From the human T2T-CHM13v2.0 reference genome, Homo sapiens, in assembly GCF_009914755.1 (NCBI RefSeq), contig NC_060934.1: a DNA stretch of 64,000 nucleotides; one strand, written 5' to 3'. Below are positions 1 through 13,323 of this stretch, one piece after another (positions within the stretch are counted from its first letter, which is position 1; every line of letters begins with the position of its first letter). The notes below the pieces were generated by a model. That model saw only the letters and a list, made by a program, of their open reading frames with translations. It searched no databases and was not told where the DNA came from. The position numbers and the translations under genes are program-made.

Positions 1-780
1 ACCCAGGGGAGAGCCCAGACTGACTGAGTGGGATGCTGGGCTCAGAAGCACCCAGGGGTCAGTCTGGACTCTGGTGAGGTGGGGCAGCAGGACAGACAGC
101 AGAGAGGGGAGAGCTCCACCCCAGTGCCCACCTGAGGTGGCCCTACCACCGAGCCGGTGGGGAAGTACACGAGGGGCAGAAGCTGCCTTTTTTTGCTCCA
201 GCGAGCCTCTGTTGTCTGCATGTGGACACTCTGGCCGGACTCACAGGAGGTGCTGCTCACACCCGTCCAAAGCATTAAGTGCTCTCAAGGCCCACTCTTG
301 GGAGAGGGAGCGGTTTCAAGAAGTCACCAGAATGCCAACTCTGTTCTCAGGACTGGGTCATGGGGGTGGTCTGCCAGCCAGCAGAGGCACAGGAAGGACA
401 GAGGGCTGGACTCTGCTGGCTCTGGGTGGGTGAGCCACATCCTTCCTGTTCCCGCTCCTCCGCCGGCTGATGCACGTCCCTCGGCGAGCAGATGGAGAAG
501 GCAGGGAAGCCATCCTCTCCCAGGAAGGACAGAGTGTCCCTCCGTCCAGCCACTCTGCCTGCCTCCTCCAGCAGGACATCATAGAAATCACAGCATCTTG
601 GGACAGACAGACAAATGCCTGATCTCTACGGCTGGGTTGTGGAGAGGACAGTGAGAAGAGACTACAAGGAGTAAAACAGTAGCAGAGACAAGGAGGGGGC
701 TCCCCTGCAACCCCTGAGCTCTGGCCCACACCTCCTTTTCTCCCACGCGTTCCCTCCAGGGCATCTCAGATCCATTCAAC

Positions 781-1209
781 TGTGTGGGTTGAATGGCAGC
801 CCTCAAAATATACGTCCTCGCGCTAATCCCCAGCCCCTATGAATGGGACCTAAAAGGGTCTTTGCAGATGTGATTAAATTAAAGAACTTGAGATGAGATC
901 ATCCTGGATTACCCGGGTGGGCCTTAAATCCAATGACAAGTATCCTTATGAAGTGACACAAAAGAGAGAGACAGAGGAGAGGTGAGGGGAGACGGAGGCC
1001 AGGATGGGAGTGACGCTGCCACAGCTGAGCATCATCTGAGACAACAGGAGCTGGAAGAGGCAAAGAGGGACTCTCCTCTAGAGTATCTGGAGGGAGTGTG
1101 GCCCTGATACCTTGATCCTGGTCTCCAGAACTGTGAAAATAAATGCCCACTGTCTTAAGCCCTCCTGGTGTGTGGCAACTTGTTATGGCCACCCCAGGAG
1201 ACTACTGCA
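781..1209 (+). mobile_element. MaLR LTR, MLT1 family
   Basis: TG...CA ends; gggtctttgcagatgtgattaa, ccttaaatccaatgacaagt, ccagaactgtga and AATAAA at 1138 are MLT1 hallmarks. Confidence 0.85.
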
Positions 1210-3188
1210 GTCTCAAAGCGCAATGCACCCTCCTCTCTCCCAGCCAGCTCCCCTCGCTGACCTTCCTCTTGTTGGGGTATCTCCAGTCTCCCCAGCCACC
1301 TCTGACCTGGCCTTTGCTCTGCACCGAAGCCTGGGGATTCCACGTGAGATGGAATCTCTCTCGTGTGCTGGCCAGCGTAGGCCTTTGGGGTCAGCTCATC
1401 TGAGCTCTCCCTAACACTCCAAACCCCCAGTTAGCTCCCCAACCCTGCACGTCTCCCCTCCCCATTTCAAGGGAGTCTTGTTTCCATGGGACACAAGTCA
1501 GCGCTTTAAGAATGTTCAAGGCCTGGCCCAACCAGCCTCAGAGGACCTCTTGGTTCCCTCTCTGCCTGGCCCGGCCACTTCAGATCATCTCCTGTCCCCC
1601 AGATAGCTCCTGCACCTCCCCACCATTCCTGGAAACATCCATGCTTCACCCCTCTGCTGGCCAAAACCCTACCCAACTGACCTCACAGCAAGCCCATCTC
1701 AGACTCCACCTCCAAGGAGCCTTCCAGGATCCCAAGACAAATCCCTCTTTCTTCCAAGGGATAGGAGAACAGGGGAGGGAGAGGGACATATGAATTAGGC
1801 CCCACTGAGTGCACCAGGTACCTCATGTAGGTCAGGTGGCTCTGTAGATGCACCGGCACACAGCAGGCACCCAACCGAGGCTGGTCCCATGTGTCTCTAT
1901 CCTTGAGTTATTGCATTTAACCCACGCAGCAACCCCGGGGGAGGGGGCCATCAGCCTCATGTCCCTGGCAGGAGCCCAAGGTGCTGAGAGGTGGGGCAAT
2001 GTGCTCAAGGTCACACAACAGCCTGGCTCCAGGCCCCGTGTCGCCCTGGTGTGCCCGACAGCTGCCTCTGTCTTTGTCTTGCCCCATCACCTTCCTCACT
2101 GTGAGCTCCTCCAGGGCAAGGGCAGGGTCCTGTTTGTCTTTGCATTCCCCAGAGCAACTGGCATAGACCTGCGCTCCGTGCTAAGGACACACACTATCCT
2201 GGGGGCCCACAGCTCACACCATGCACTGGAGGCACCACTTTCACAAGACAGTTCCCCACAAATGCCCACCACTTGCAGGAAGGATGCCTCTCCCACAGCC
2301 AGCCTGCAGGGGAAGGTCTCCCTCAGCCTCCAGGATTCCCATCTCCGGTTTCTATGCGTGAATCACAGTGACAGCAATGCGCCCTCACCACTTCCTGTTG
2401 TCCTACATTGGCTTGGTCTGGGCTCGTATTCCTCCGAATTTCCCCTAGCCCTGTGGCCGCATCTCACCCACAAGGGTGCTGGTTTGGAGAGAGCATGAAT
2501 ACCCACCTTGGGGCAGGACATGCCAGAGTTCCCAAGAGTCGTCCCCTTTCTCTCTCTCCACCCCATGATCTACACACCCCCTGCCTCCAAGCAGAGCCAC
2601 AAACGTTCAGGCAAAACCACACTTTCTCAGTGGGACAGGGAGGGGAGGCTGCACGCTTAGACGCAGGCTCTGCACAATAGCAGACACACTGACTCAATGG
2701 AAAGGGGAAGGGACTGGAACAGAACCGGGAGTAAACACAAAGGAAAACAAGGAGGGAACAAAGCCCTCCCTTGGCCACTCCCCGCCCCCTTCCACTTTCC
2801 CCCTTTCACTGAGAAACTAGGATGGATGGAATTAAATAAAGGGCCAGCACCCAGCAGCCACTTTCTGTTTGACCCCTGGATGGGAACAAAGAGAGCCCAG
2901 CTTAGAAAGACACTCTGCCTCTAGGAGATGGGGGAGGATGAACCCCCTAAGGCCTTGTCCACGACCTCGGAAAGGCTTGTTCCCCACCTCAGCCTCCCCA
3001 CCCCACTGGTCTCTTACCCACGTCCTGGCTTCCTGAGATTCTGGGCCCCACACAGTGAAAGAAATCCCAGACTGTTCTTCTACCCGAGTCCCCCTGCGGC
3101 TTAGGCGGTACCTGACACAAAGCCTGGGCCCCAGCTGGGCTGGGGAGAGCGGGGAGGGGAGAGGAAGAGAAGCGCTGTGGGCCTCCTG

Positions 3189-3240
3189 CACGCATGCACA
3201 CACACACACACACATACACACATGCACGCACACACACACT
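3189..3240. repeat. (CA)n microsatellite, imperfect
   Basis: Direct reading. Confidence 0.95.
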
Positions 3241-4842
3241 CTCCCTGCAAAGATCTAAAAACCCCTTTCATCTCAATAAAGGGGAACAGTAACAGACACA
3301 AAGACAAAGGGGAGGCCAGCCCAGCTGTAAAAAAAATTAAGAGCGTCTTTGCTTGTGCTCTGCTGCAAGGATCTGGGCTGAACAATAGAGCCGGGCCTCT
3401 GCCAGCCCTCCCACACCAGTTAGTCAGAGCAAACCAGTCCTCCTCCTCTCTGGAGAGCAGAGGGCCCACATGGTAAGGCTAGGAACAGTTAGCAAAATTG
3501 CTCCCAGAAGTACCTATGACTACTCAGAGTCACACTCTCTACGGATTGCACAAAACAACCCTACTATGACATCATTTTCTAGTCACAGGGACGGAGCAAT
3601 AAGGTGTGATGCGGGTGCTCCACCGAGGCTGTGCTGGCACCCAGTAGGTGTCCAAATAATGCCTGCTGAATGCATGGACCCATGACTCATATGTGCGTCA
3701 GTCAGACTGAGGTGGGCAGCAAGCAGCCACTGATAGTGTCAAGTTCACACAGGCTCATTTCCACTCCTACGGTCACCGAGAAAGAAACAGCCCAAAGCTC
3801 ATCAGCTAAGAAGAGCTTAACAGTTTGCAGAGGCTTAGAGAACCATTGCTAAGGAGTCAAACTCTGGAATCAGAAGGCCTGGGTTTGAATCTTGGCTCTA
3901 CAACTTGCTATGGCAATAGTGTCCAATTTATGGCCTTGTGGACCATCTCACAGTCACTCGGCAGTGCTTGGTAAATGATACTGCTGTTGGCACTGGTACT
4001 GGTGCTGCGGTCATGTCTCCTTTTTGATTTGTTAAATCGTCATGGTTGCATGTTAAGGAGTCCTCTGGGAAGAAGTGGGTGAACAACATCCCTGCAGCTC
4101 CTCCAGAAGCCTGGGGAGTATGACTAAGTTGTCTCCTCCACCTCCTTGTCTTCTTCTAAAGGCCCCAGGGGCTGACACAGAGGAAGAGGAGGAAGTTTGG
4201 AGACCTAGGAAGGTCAGCAGCACCCTCCCTTACTCCCTCCAATCTGGCATCATTGACACTGACAGCTCTTCCATTAGGTTCTGAGTACCCAGCTTTGGAA
4301 GAGGGTAGTTGCTATAATGAATGCTTGCTGAATACATGAATGGAGTTAGGATTGGGAAAAGAACCTCACTGCCTTTACTCCCAGGAGCAGGAATTTGAAA
4401 TTCCTGGAGTGAAGTGGAAAGCTCTGGATAAAGTAACTTCTACATTCTTTCTTCCTGGGAGGGGCACTGCAGTCAGAAAAACAAAGTGCTAACAGTGTAA
4501 GTGCCTTGGAAAATCCCTTCCAGCAAAATCCCTTCCAGACGTAGCCCTGGAGACAGAGACGGTTGCAGCCCCGTTTGGTCTGGACTGGCCTTCATGTAAC
4601 TGCAGGCAGACTCACTGCCAACGTTTAGAAAATGGCCCAGGAATGAACCCTGACACGTTTTCTGACCCTCAGCTGCCTTGCCGTGGACACCTCCCTTCTT
4701 GCTCAAGCTTCTTGTAGAAATAAACAGAGGATTACAGAGTAAGAGAAGGAGCAGAGAAGTAATTCTTCTTTCAGGAAAAAACTGGACAAGCCTCAGGGCC
4801 CTGACACACCATGGGAGGGTTTAATGAATTACAACCACTGCA

Positions 4843-5031
4843 TCCCATTTATTGAGGCTTAAGCATTGCACAATAAAGCTTTACATGTATCATTCTCACA
4901 TCAAACCTCTGAGGCAGGCACTTATCTCCATTTTACAGATAAGGCAACTGAGGCACAGAGGTGAGGCCACTCACCAACATCATAGAGCCAGGATCTGAAT
5001 CCAAACCTATCTGACTTTCAAGCCTATACTC
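4843..5031 (-). mobile_element. MIR SINE
   Basis: Core ccattttacagataaggcaactgaggcacagag. Confidence 0.85.
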
Positions 5032-6159
5032 TTCCCATGAAGCCACGAGCTGTGCTGCTCAGTGACCTGGTATCTGTGAAACATTAGACATGTACCTATG
5101 GACTTTCCTCACCCGGACTGTTTAGGGAAGGGTAGGTGACAATCTAGATGAAATGTGGGCATGAAGCAGGGAGTAGAACCTAATGAACTTATGAGACTCC
5201 TTCTACCAAGATTCTGTGAGTGTGGCCTGGGCTATTTGAGATAAAAGGAATGGAAAGCCTTCTCTGCAAAAAAGGGAGTGAGGGCTCTCTTGACACTGGC
5301 AGGTAGGCATGTGTTGGGGTGAAATGTCAGGAAGCGGCATGGGTACATTAGGGACATTTTGGGGCAGCACACAGGGGTAGGACCCAGGCAGCCCCTGCTC
5401 TCCTACCCTCCAGCCCAGGCATGCTGCACCCCTGCCTCCTTGGGAACTTTGGAACAAAGTCTCAGCAAACAAAGGACGCGTTCATAAACTTCAGGCGGGT
5501 CCCCCGGCTGCTGCTAAGAGGCTATTGAAGCCGGCTCCCATGAGAACAGTATGTTATGAGCACATGGTTTTGCACCAGCGGGCAGGGCCAAAATAATGAC
5601 AACACCTTCCCTGCTGCTTTGATACAGGAGGAGGGGGCGAGAGTTGGGGGGACTCCTGCATCAGCTTCAGGGAAATGACCTAGAAGGGAGAGAAAGCAGT
5701 AGCAGCCCAGGGTTGCTTCCAAGCTGAGCCCCTCTTCCCAGGCAGTGAGTGTCCCACTGTGTTATGCACCTGGAAGTGAGTCATTTGATAATTGCGGGGC
5801 TTTGTATTTTTCCTAGGGACTTCCAGCAGAGGACTGCAAAGTGCTCTGAATATTATCAGGAACTGGTTGTTACTGTGCCTATTAAACAGAAAAGCAAACA
5901 GTGCTGGAAGGGAAAGCCTTTCCTTCCTTTCACCCTCAGATAGCTCAGGCCACACTCACAGAATCTCTTGGCAGAAGGAGTCTCCAAAGCTCACTAGGTC
6001 TGCTAATATCAGAGTGAGACAGCAGGAAGGGACCAGAAGTCTCAGGCCTGGAGTTGGTGGTCTGCTTGCTGTTTTCTCAGTATTGACACTTAAAACTTTG
6101 TGGGATTCTTTATGCCATCTGTATGTGTTCTGGGCTACAGTGTCCAGACAGACGCCTGA

Positions 6160-6362
6160 GGTGGCAGAAAGAGTCCAAGGCCCTGGGAGAGAGCAAATCT
6201 AAATTCGAATCTCTTCTCTGTTGTTGTCCGTTTGGGGCAAGTCCCTCTGAGTCTGTTCTTTCACCTGTAAAACTAGGATAACACCCACCTTGAAGGGCCA
6301 TTGTGAGGAGGAGAAATAAATATGTGTAAACCCCTAGAATGGGGCTTTGCTCAGTAAATGAA
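6160..6362 (+). mobile_element. MIR SINE
   Basis: gggcaagtccctctgagtctg...cacctgtaaaactaggataac...tgtgagga. Confidence 0.75.
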
Positions 6363-8061
6363 GCCACTATTTTTTTTTAATAAGGCCATTCTACTTATAT
6401 GAACAATGTCATATCCATAACGGTGGATTCTGCAGATTAATGATACTCTAATTTTTATTTATAAACCTGAAAAAGCTAGGTGCATACAAGAATTAGGGCA
6501 ATGACTTTAGCCACCGAAATGCTGGACATCAGAAAAGCACCTGAAGTTATGCCTAGTTGCACAAAACAAAAACTTTAATCAGGTGCCTTCAAGTGGAAGG
6601 ACAAGGCGATTCCTGAAACCTCTACAGAGACACCTACTATATCATCTAGTTTTTCATCTTTCTTCAGGGCAGGGAGTCCTCCCTTTCCTGCCTCTTTCGT
6701 CTCCTGTGCTGACATTTGGCAGCCCTTGCTTAGGAGAAGCAGCAGGCATCACCTGATAAGATGTGGCGGAAACACAGGTCACCAAGTTAAGAGCATCAGA
6801 ACTGCTGAGTGACCTCAGCCTTGTAAACAGTGCCATCCCAGGGACAAGATGGACATCCATGGCTGCCCCCTCTGACTCCACTCCCAAATTAGCAAGTGTA
6901 TCTCAAGCACACCCAACTGAAAGCATTCCATGAATTTAGTTTAACCCATCTAGAATTCCACAGGGAATGCTAAGTTGAGTGAGGTGAACTGTGAGACGGG
7001 ATTCCTATCTCCAGTTGGTCCTGCCTCTTGGGGCAGTGGATTCCATACACTCTTCCTCTCCATGTGCATTTCATCATAACGCTCCACGAGGCCGCTGAAT
7101 CCCTGGCACAGGCCATGCATAACAGATACACAATGGCTGCTCGATCAATGAAGCCCCCGTAATAAGGATGTGAGCATCCTATTTCTCACTCTCTTTTGTG
7201 GGGAGGCTGAAGAATGGAAAGTCACTTTTCTGATGGCCCCATCACTGCTCCAGCCTGCCCTTCCCCTAACCCTCCTTACAGATCCAGGCTGCAGGAGGAC
7301 CCCTAAGGAGTCCCGTTCAGAGAACTGAAGGAGACTGCAGCTGTCAGCACTGCGCTCTCTGACCCAAGGCCTAAAGACCCACCACCAACTGACACAGCCC
7401 AGATCTGAGACTGCAGCACCTCCCTCTTCTATTCACCCTGCCGCTAACTGGGCCCATCCTCTCCCCAGCCTCTGAGAAACACACCTGTGAACGTTACACC
7501 TTCTATGTCCCTTCCCTTCAACATGCGTCTCACACTTGAGGCCGATTTTTCACCTCCCCGTCCGCCTTAGGGTGGAGGCGTTGCCCTGAGCAACAGTGAT
7601 GTCACCTGCAGGGTGCTTCCGTTTCACTGATGTCACGGGGTGGGCCTAACAGATAGAGGGGGGATGTGCTCTCTGTGGGGAAACGTCACAGGTCCTAAAC
7701 TGTTGAGGAGGGGTCTACAGGCCTCTGGGGCACTCCCAAATGACCCCTTTCCTCGCCCAGAAGAGCTCCTTACCCTTCCTTCCTCTCTGGATGCCTGTTA
7801 GAGCTCAGGCCTCAAATCTGACTTTCCCTCTGCCAGAGTCAGCCAAAAGATCAGGATGAGCAGCTCCAAACAAACTGCTGGAAAGACCACTGAGGATAGA
7901 TGTCCTCCCCGTCTAGGACAGTCTAGGTCCCTACAGCCTTGTCCTTTGTCCAGACCTCAGAGGAGGGAGCAGTGACCTGATGGGGAAGTTGGGGCCCAAG
8001 TCGGCAGAGAATGCAGACCTCCAACCGACCTCTGCTGTCCTGAAGAGCGCACACTGGCCAG

Positions 8062-8270
8062 GTTTCCAGTCTGCGCCAGGCACGGTGCTCAGAGCCTTCT
8101 GTGCATCGTCTGGGTCAACCCTCCCCACAGCCCTGAGGGTCATCCCCATTTTACTGATGATGTTACCGAGACTTGAAGAATCAAGGCACCTGCCCAACTA
8201 CTGAGAACGCCCAACCACCGAGTGGTGGAGCCAGGACTCAACTCAAGTCTGCCCCACTTCAAAGCCCGTG
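8062..8270 (-). mobile_element. MIR SINE
   Basis: gccaggcacggtgct...cacagccctgag...ccccattttactgatg...ggagccaggactcaactcaagtctg. Confidence 0.7.
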
Positions 8271-9961
8271 CAGTCACACCGCCTTGGCTCTGGGCACCTG
8301 GAGATGTGGCTCATTAAAGATGAGCCATGAAGGGCCTGGACAGAGACCAGAAAGAGCCCTTTAAATCTAAAGAGGCCAGCTGAGCAGGGCAGGCTGCCTG
8401 AGGCAGCCGAAGCAGGCACTGCTTTAGGAATGCTTCACCCCCTGGCCTACGCAGGGGATGCAACAACTGGCCAGCCTTGGCCCAGCCTCCATGCTGATTG
8501 GGGACCACGTGTCTTTGCTCTATGCTTGGCTTTCTATTGATCCATCCAGGTTACCGGATCATCCTCTTGATTTGCATATAGCACTTACTCTCATGGCCTG
8601 GCCCTACAACTCTGAGATTGTACAGTAGTTATCGAATTTACGCAAATGCAAATCTATGTCTCTGGGAGCTAATGCTTGCAAAGCACTAAACAAATAGGTA
8701 AATAAAATAAAAAATTACTACATTATGAGAGAGGAAAGGGAGAAATGCTACCAGGATTTCTCAGGGAAATACTGCCCTTGAGGCACTGGCCAAGGAGATG
8801 CCCATAGCCAGGCTGACCTGAGTATCCAGTCTACCTGGCAGCTATCTTTCTGCTGGTGAGAGGGCCGCAGAGGTAGACAAAGCCCTGCACTATTGGACAT
8901 CACTGTCCCCCACCCTCACCCCATGCTGCTCCTGCCTGGTTCTGACTCCAGCTTTGATAAGCGCAGTCCACCTTCTGGTCTTTGGTTTCCCATATGGCTT
9001 GTCTAGGACGCAGGGAAGAGACGACATTCAGTCTGTGTGATGTTTGCGAAGTCTCCTTGCAAATTAATAAACCAGCATTCTGATTCGTACACCCTCTTCT
9101 GGGAGCTTTCTCAGGGTGAATCAGTAGCTTGAGTCCAAACCACTCTGAAAATTATGGAAATTGGGTTTCTGAGCGGGCACAGCTAAGAGCCATGCCCTGG
9201 GACAGGTGACGTGATCCAGGTAAACACCACCCTCTGAGCAATCTGCTGGGCACCAGCTGGCCCCTCCCAGGAGGCATCTTGACTTCCTCACTGATGAGAA
9301 GCCTATTTTGTTTAAAGTGCCTATCGACAGTACATAGTGAAATGCTCGGTTCCAGCTAATTAAGCGCTCAGCTGTACGGTGTGGAAACTAAGAGATCATG
9401 TATATGGAACTGTGAAATGGAGTTTCAGGAAGGGTTCTTGGACGAACTTGAGAAGGGCATTTGTGGGTGAATGGGACTTCAACAAGGAAGCAAGAGACCA
9501 CAGATGGGGATTAGGGGTTTGGAAGGTCAGGACAGTTGTCTCACCTCCTTCCACTCGCTCTCTGCCTAGGTCAGGACCCTGCGTGCAGCCACCGCCGTTT
9601 CCCTCTGAGCCACACCTGGGGGCACTTACTCATCACCCTCATGCCAGGCCCCAAACTGGATCTGCCACCTCACACCGCCCAGAGATTAAGGAAAGTCACT
9701 TGATTCTTGGGCCAGGCTCCCCATCAGCCATCAAGGCCCGGCTTGCCTCTTTTCTTTCCTCCTCTGCCTCCTGCCAGATGAATTTCCCCTCCTTCCTCCA
9801 CCTGGACTGAGAATGGGTATTTCCTCCTTTGACAGAGAAAGAAAAAGGCAACTGTTCTTCCCCCTTTCCCACGAGGGTTCCCAATTAAACTAGCTTTTTA
9901 AGCTTAAGTTGCTTCTTGGTCTATGAATGCCCAGTGATTAAGACTCACCTTCCAGGCTCTG

Positions 9962-10120
9962 GAACACTTAACATCCCTGTGCCTCAGTTTCCTCATCTGT
10001 AAAATGGAGTTAACAATACCTAACTCATACGGCTACTGTGAGGATTAAATGAGTTAATACAGGCTAAGTACTTTTGGGGAAAAAAAAAAAAAGCCTGGCG
10101 AATGTTAAGCCCTCAATAGT
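9962..10120 (+). mobile_element. MIR SINE
   Basis: Core ctgtgcctcagtttcctcatctgtaaaatgg...gtgaggattaaatgagttaat. Confidence 0.9.
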
Positions 10121-10679
10121 GGTTGTTTATCAGGGCTGCTGTGTGAATGGTGGACCAGGCAGTGTACTGCTTAAGGCACCTGGCTGAGGGGTGAGGATAA
10201 ATCCAGCTCACATGCCACTTATCCAGCTATATGGCTTGGCTATGTCCACTCAAGTAAGGCCAGTATTTCTAAGAGGCATCAAGCCCCATCCTCTTGCCAA
10301 GACAGAGCACCTTATTCTAATTCATGCGAAGGACTGAATAGGCTAGCAGCAGCCCTGGAGGTTATCATGAACAGTTCTCAGCATCCTCCTGGCTCTGTAC
10401 CCCTCCCCAGCAAGACTGGATGAGAGAAGGGTCCAGGATGGCCTGGTGTCATCCATAATAAAGTCCTGCTTCTCAGCTCCCAGAACACTTGGAGCACCCA
10501 CCCCTTCCAAGCAGATTCTCCATTAAAGCCCCACAGGCTGCCGTGCCACCTCAACCCTACTGGGGCAGACTCTCAACTCGAAACATGGAACCTGAGTCTT
10601 GGACTCTGAAAGCACCTTCTCCTGCCCAGTTATTTTTTTTTGGGGGGGGGGGGGGCAGCGGGGCATTGGGGGGTAGGTT

Positions 10680-10840
10680 AAAGACAGGGTCTGAACTCTG
10701 TCACCCGGATGGAGTGCAGTGGCACGATCCTAGCTCCAACCAAGTGATCCCAGCTCTAAGCCTGGAACTCCTGGGTTCAAGCAATCCTCCCACCTCAGCC
10801 TCCCAAAGCTCTGGGAAGACAGGCAGCCACCCAGCCCAGA
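10680..10840 (-). mobile_element. Alu monomer (FLAM/FRAM/AluJ-type)
   Basis: agacagggtct...ggagtgcagtggcacgatc...ctcctgggttcaagcaatcctcccacctcagcctcc. Confidence 0.8.
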
Positions 10841-10882
10841 CTCTTTCCTAACTGTTGATGGCTACCTGTCTCTGCTGATAGC

Positions 10883-11082
10883 TGTGAAAGGAAAATACAA
10901 CCTTAGGACCCCAAGCTCAGGATGCCAAAGGGAAAAGTTAAGCTTGGGAACTCAGTCATGCAAAAAACAAAACCGAAAACAAAACTGCATTCCTTTTGTT
11001 GCCAAACAGATAGCTATAATTTCACATGCTTACTTTATCTTACGTAAAATGTAGATTTACTGAGCATGAGAAGAATGCACCC
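10883..11082 (+). mobile_element. MER4-group ERV1 LTR, 5' fragment
   Basis: tgtgaaaggaaaata...ggaccccaagctca...gccaaagggaaaagttaagcttgggaact resembles MER4 LTR starts. Confidence 0.7.
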
Positions 11083-11959
11083 AGGGAGAGCAGAGAGTCA
11101 GTATAACTACTTCATGGTTACCCACAAGTGGAGAAAATCCGAAGGCAGAATGGCCCAGAGCAGCCGCAACATACAGGGAATTAGCAAACAATGAAAGCCA
11201 CTTAGGCACGAGGGCTGGAGGGAGGACTCAAAAACACAGCCTATTCTGTTTTCGTAAGGAGGAAAGACAGTAATCCACTTTTCTGATACTCTATTTTCAG
11301 GGCTCACCTGGGCCTAAAACTGCACCAACCACAGATGAACTTTAGCTGGCAGTCAGATAGACTCGGTTTGTAAAAGGCAAGAGCACTGGGTCATATCCAA
11401 AAAAAGAACAAGAAAATAGACCGCGACCCCGATTTAGATCCAAAAGACCAGAGTCCAGATTGCGACCAATATCTGGTACTCTACTGTTTGTGAAATGAGA
11501 CCAGTATCTGGTACTCTACTAGTTGTGAAAGGGTGCTTTTCTCATACCAGCAGAGGGGCAAAAGGCAAAATGAGGCCCCTGCCTGGTTCCGTAAAATATT
11601 TTACCTTCCTGGTCGGTGGCTTTTTTTTTCTTTTTCTTTTTCTTTTTTTAAGAGAAAGCGTTTTGGATGGGGAGTCCCGCCCCGGGAGTCTTCACCAGGC
11701 GGCCAGAATGGCAAAGTCACAGGGATGGGGTTGAGGGTGGGGTTAGGGGTGAAGGGGCAGAGAGTTATTTGCAGCCCAAGAGCAAGTCTGCACAGCGTGA
11801 GGTCTGGCCCACTAATAGTCCCGAAAGAGGAAGCGGCGGGGATTTTATCCGGCCTGAAGCAGCCCCATAACTTCACTACCATGAACCGAGAAAAAAAAAC
11901 TTCACGCCTATTCCTCCCTTACAGGAAGGGAGGGAAGGGGAAGGGGAAAAGGGGGCAGC

Positions 11960-12950
11960 AAATGAGCAGGGCGAACCGGCTTTTCTTTCTTCGGTAGCGC
12001 TCTGCTCAGATGTGAGAAGTAACGGGTCACCTGGCCACTAGGAACAAAAATGTGGTCCCGCTCTGGGCTCCGAGGCTGCGCGCGCCTCGAGGAGGAGCTG
12101 CCCGCAGCCCTGGCTGGAGCGAGCGCCCGGGACGCATCCCCCGACGCGGCGGGAACAGGATGCGGGACCGCGAGGAGACAATACGCCCGCCTGGGCACGC
12201 GCGCTTTAAGGGAAGGGGGTCTCCAAAGTCAGCCCCCACCCGGGAGGAGCAGGCGCCCGCGCTCCCCACACCCTCCTGCGCCCCCTCTGTCGGCAGCCAT
12301 CTCCGACACAGCTCCTCCGAGCTCGCGCTCTCCATCGCGCCCTTCTTCCTTCAGCACACTAGGCTGCCCTGGGACTTACGATTGGCTTGGGTCCCCGGTC
12401 CCGGTCCCCGCCGCGGGAGGACGGCTCCAGCACAGGCTTTGCGCGCAGGTCGAGGGCCGAGGCGCCGCTGCTTGCAGGCGGCTGCGGTGGAGCTTGCGGC
12501 CCGGCACTTAGAGGGGCGCGGGCGGCGATGCCCCCGCTGGCTCCCACCTTCTGGCCTGCAGCGGCCGGCTCTACTGAACTTCAGAGTTACTCATTTCCTG
12601 GATGTCACAAAAACTTTTTCCTCCTTATAAGAACAAAACACCCGCCTCTACCCGCGGCCCCGGAAGCTCCTTAAGGAGGACCGTGTGGGTTTCGGTGGTT
12701 GGGCCCAGGATCCGCCGGGAAGACCTTCCCAGTGAGCCCCCAGAAACTTCCCCGGCACGGCAGAACTGGAGAGTGACTGGGAGAGACGGAATCAGGCCAG
12801 TGGAGTAAACTGGAGCGAGTGGACAGGGGCGCGGGGAGGACGCCCTTAAAAGTCGTCCTAAGCCGCGGAGCGGAAGGGGTTAAGTCCTTACCAGTCGGGG
12901 AGAGTTTTCTGCGGCGCGTTTTACAAGTGGCGGAATTCCTGGGGCCACCT
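11960..12950. promoter_or_regulatory. CpG island promoter
   Basis: About 1 kb of very GC- and CpG-rich sequence with GC boxes, ETS cores (CCGGAAG at 12660, GCGGAAG) and a TATA-like element. Confidence 0.92.
12380..12600 (-). other. ITPRIP: Non-coding first exon of minus-strand gene (ITPRIP by synteny); intron 1 runs to the left edge and the coding exon is outside the window
   Basis: Consensus donor C|GTAAGT at 12379 on the minus strand inside a CpG island; TATA-like TTATAA at 12625-12630 places a start near 12600. Identity is from recalled gene order, not coding sequence. Confidence 0.7.
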
Positions 12951-13041
12951 ATTTAGTCTCTTGGAGGAAAATATAACTCTAGACAAAACGCCAGCCTTTT
13001 TCTCTTTTGCAGCTTGAAAGGATTAAAATAGCTTACTACCG

Positions 13042-13323
<282 letters not shown>

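Noticed and set aside
1848-2498. 216-aa ORF, the longest in the track
   Set aside because: No recognisable domain, overlaps MIR/L2-like remnants, GC-rich intron on the strand opposite the host gene.
3904-3917. X-box-like CTTGCTATGGCAAT (also ATGCTATGGCAAC near 59327)
   Set aside because: Mismatched at key positions and far from a ciliary promoter; not supportable without ChIP data.
12027-12808. Several long R/P/A/G-rich ORFs
   Set aside because: Expected stop-codon depletion in a CpG island.
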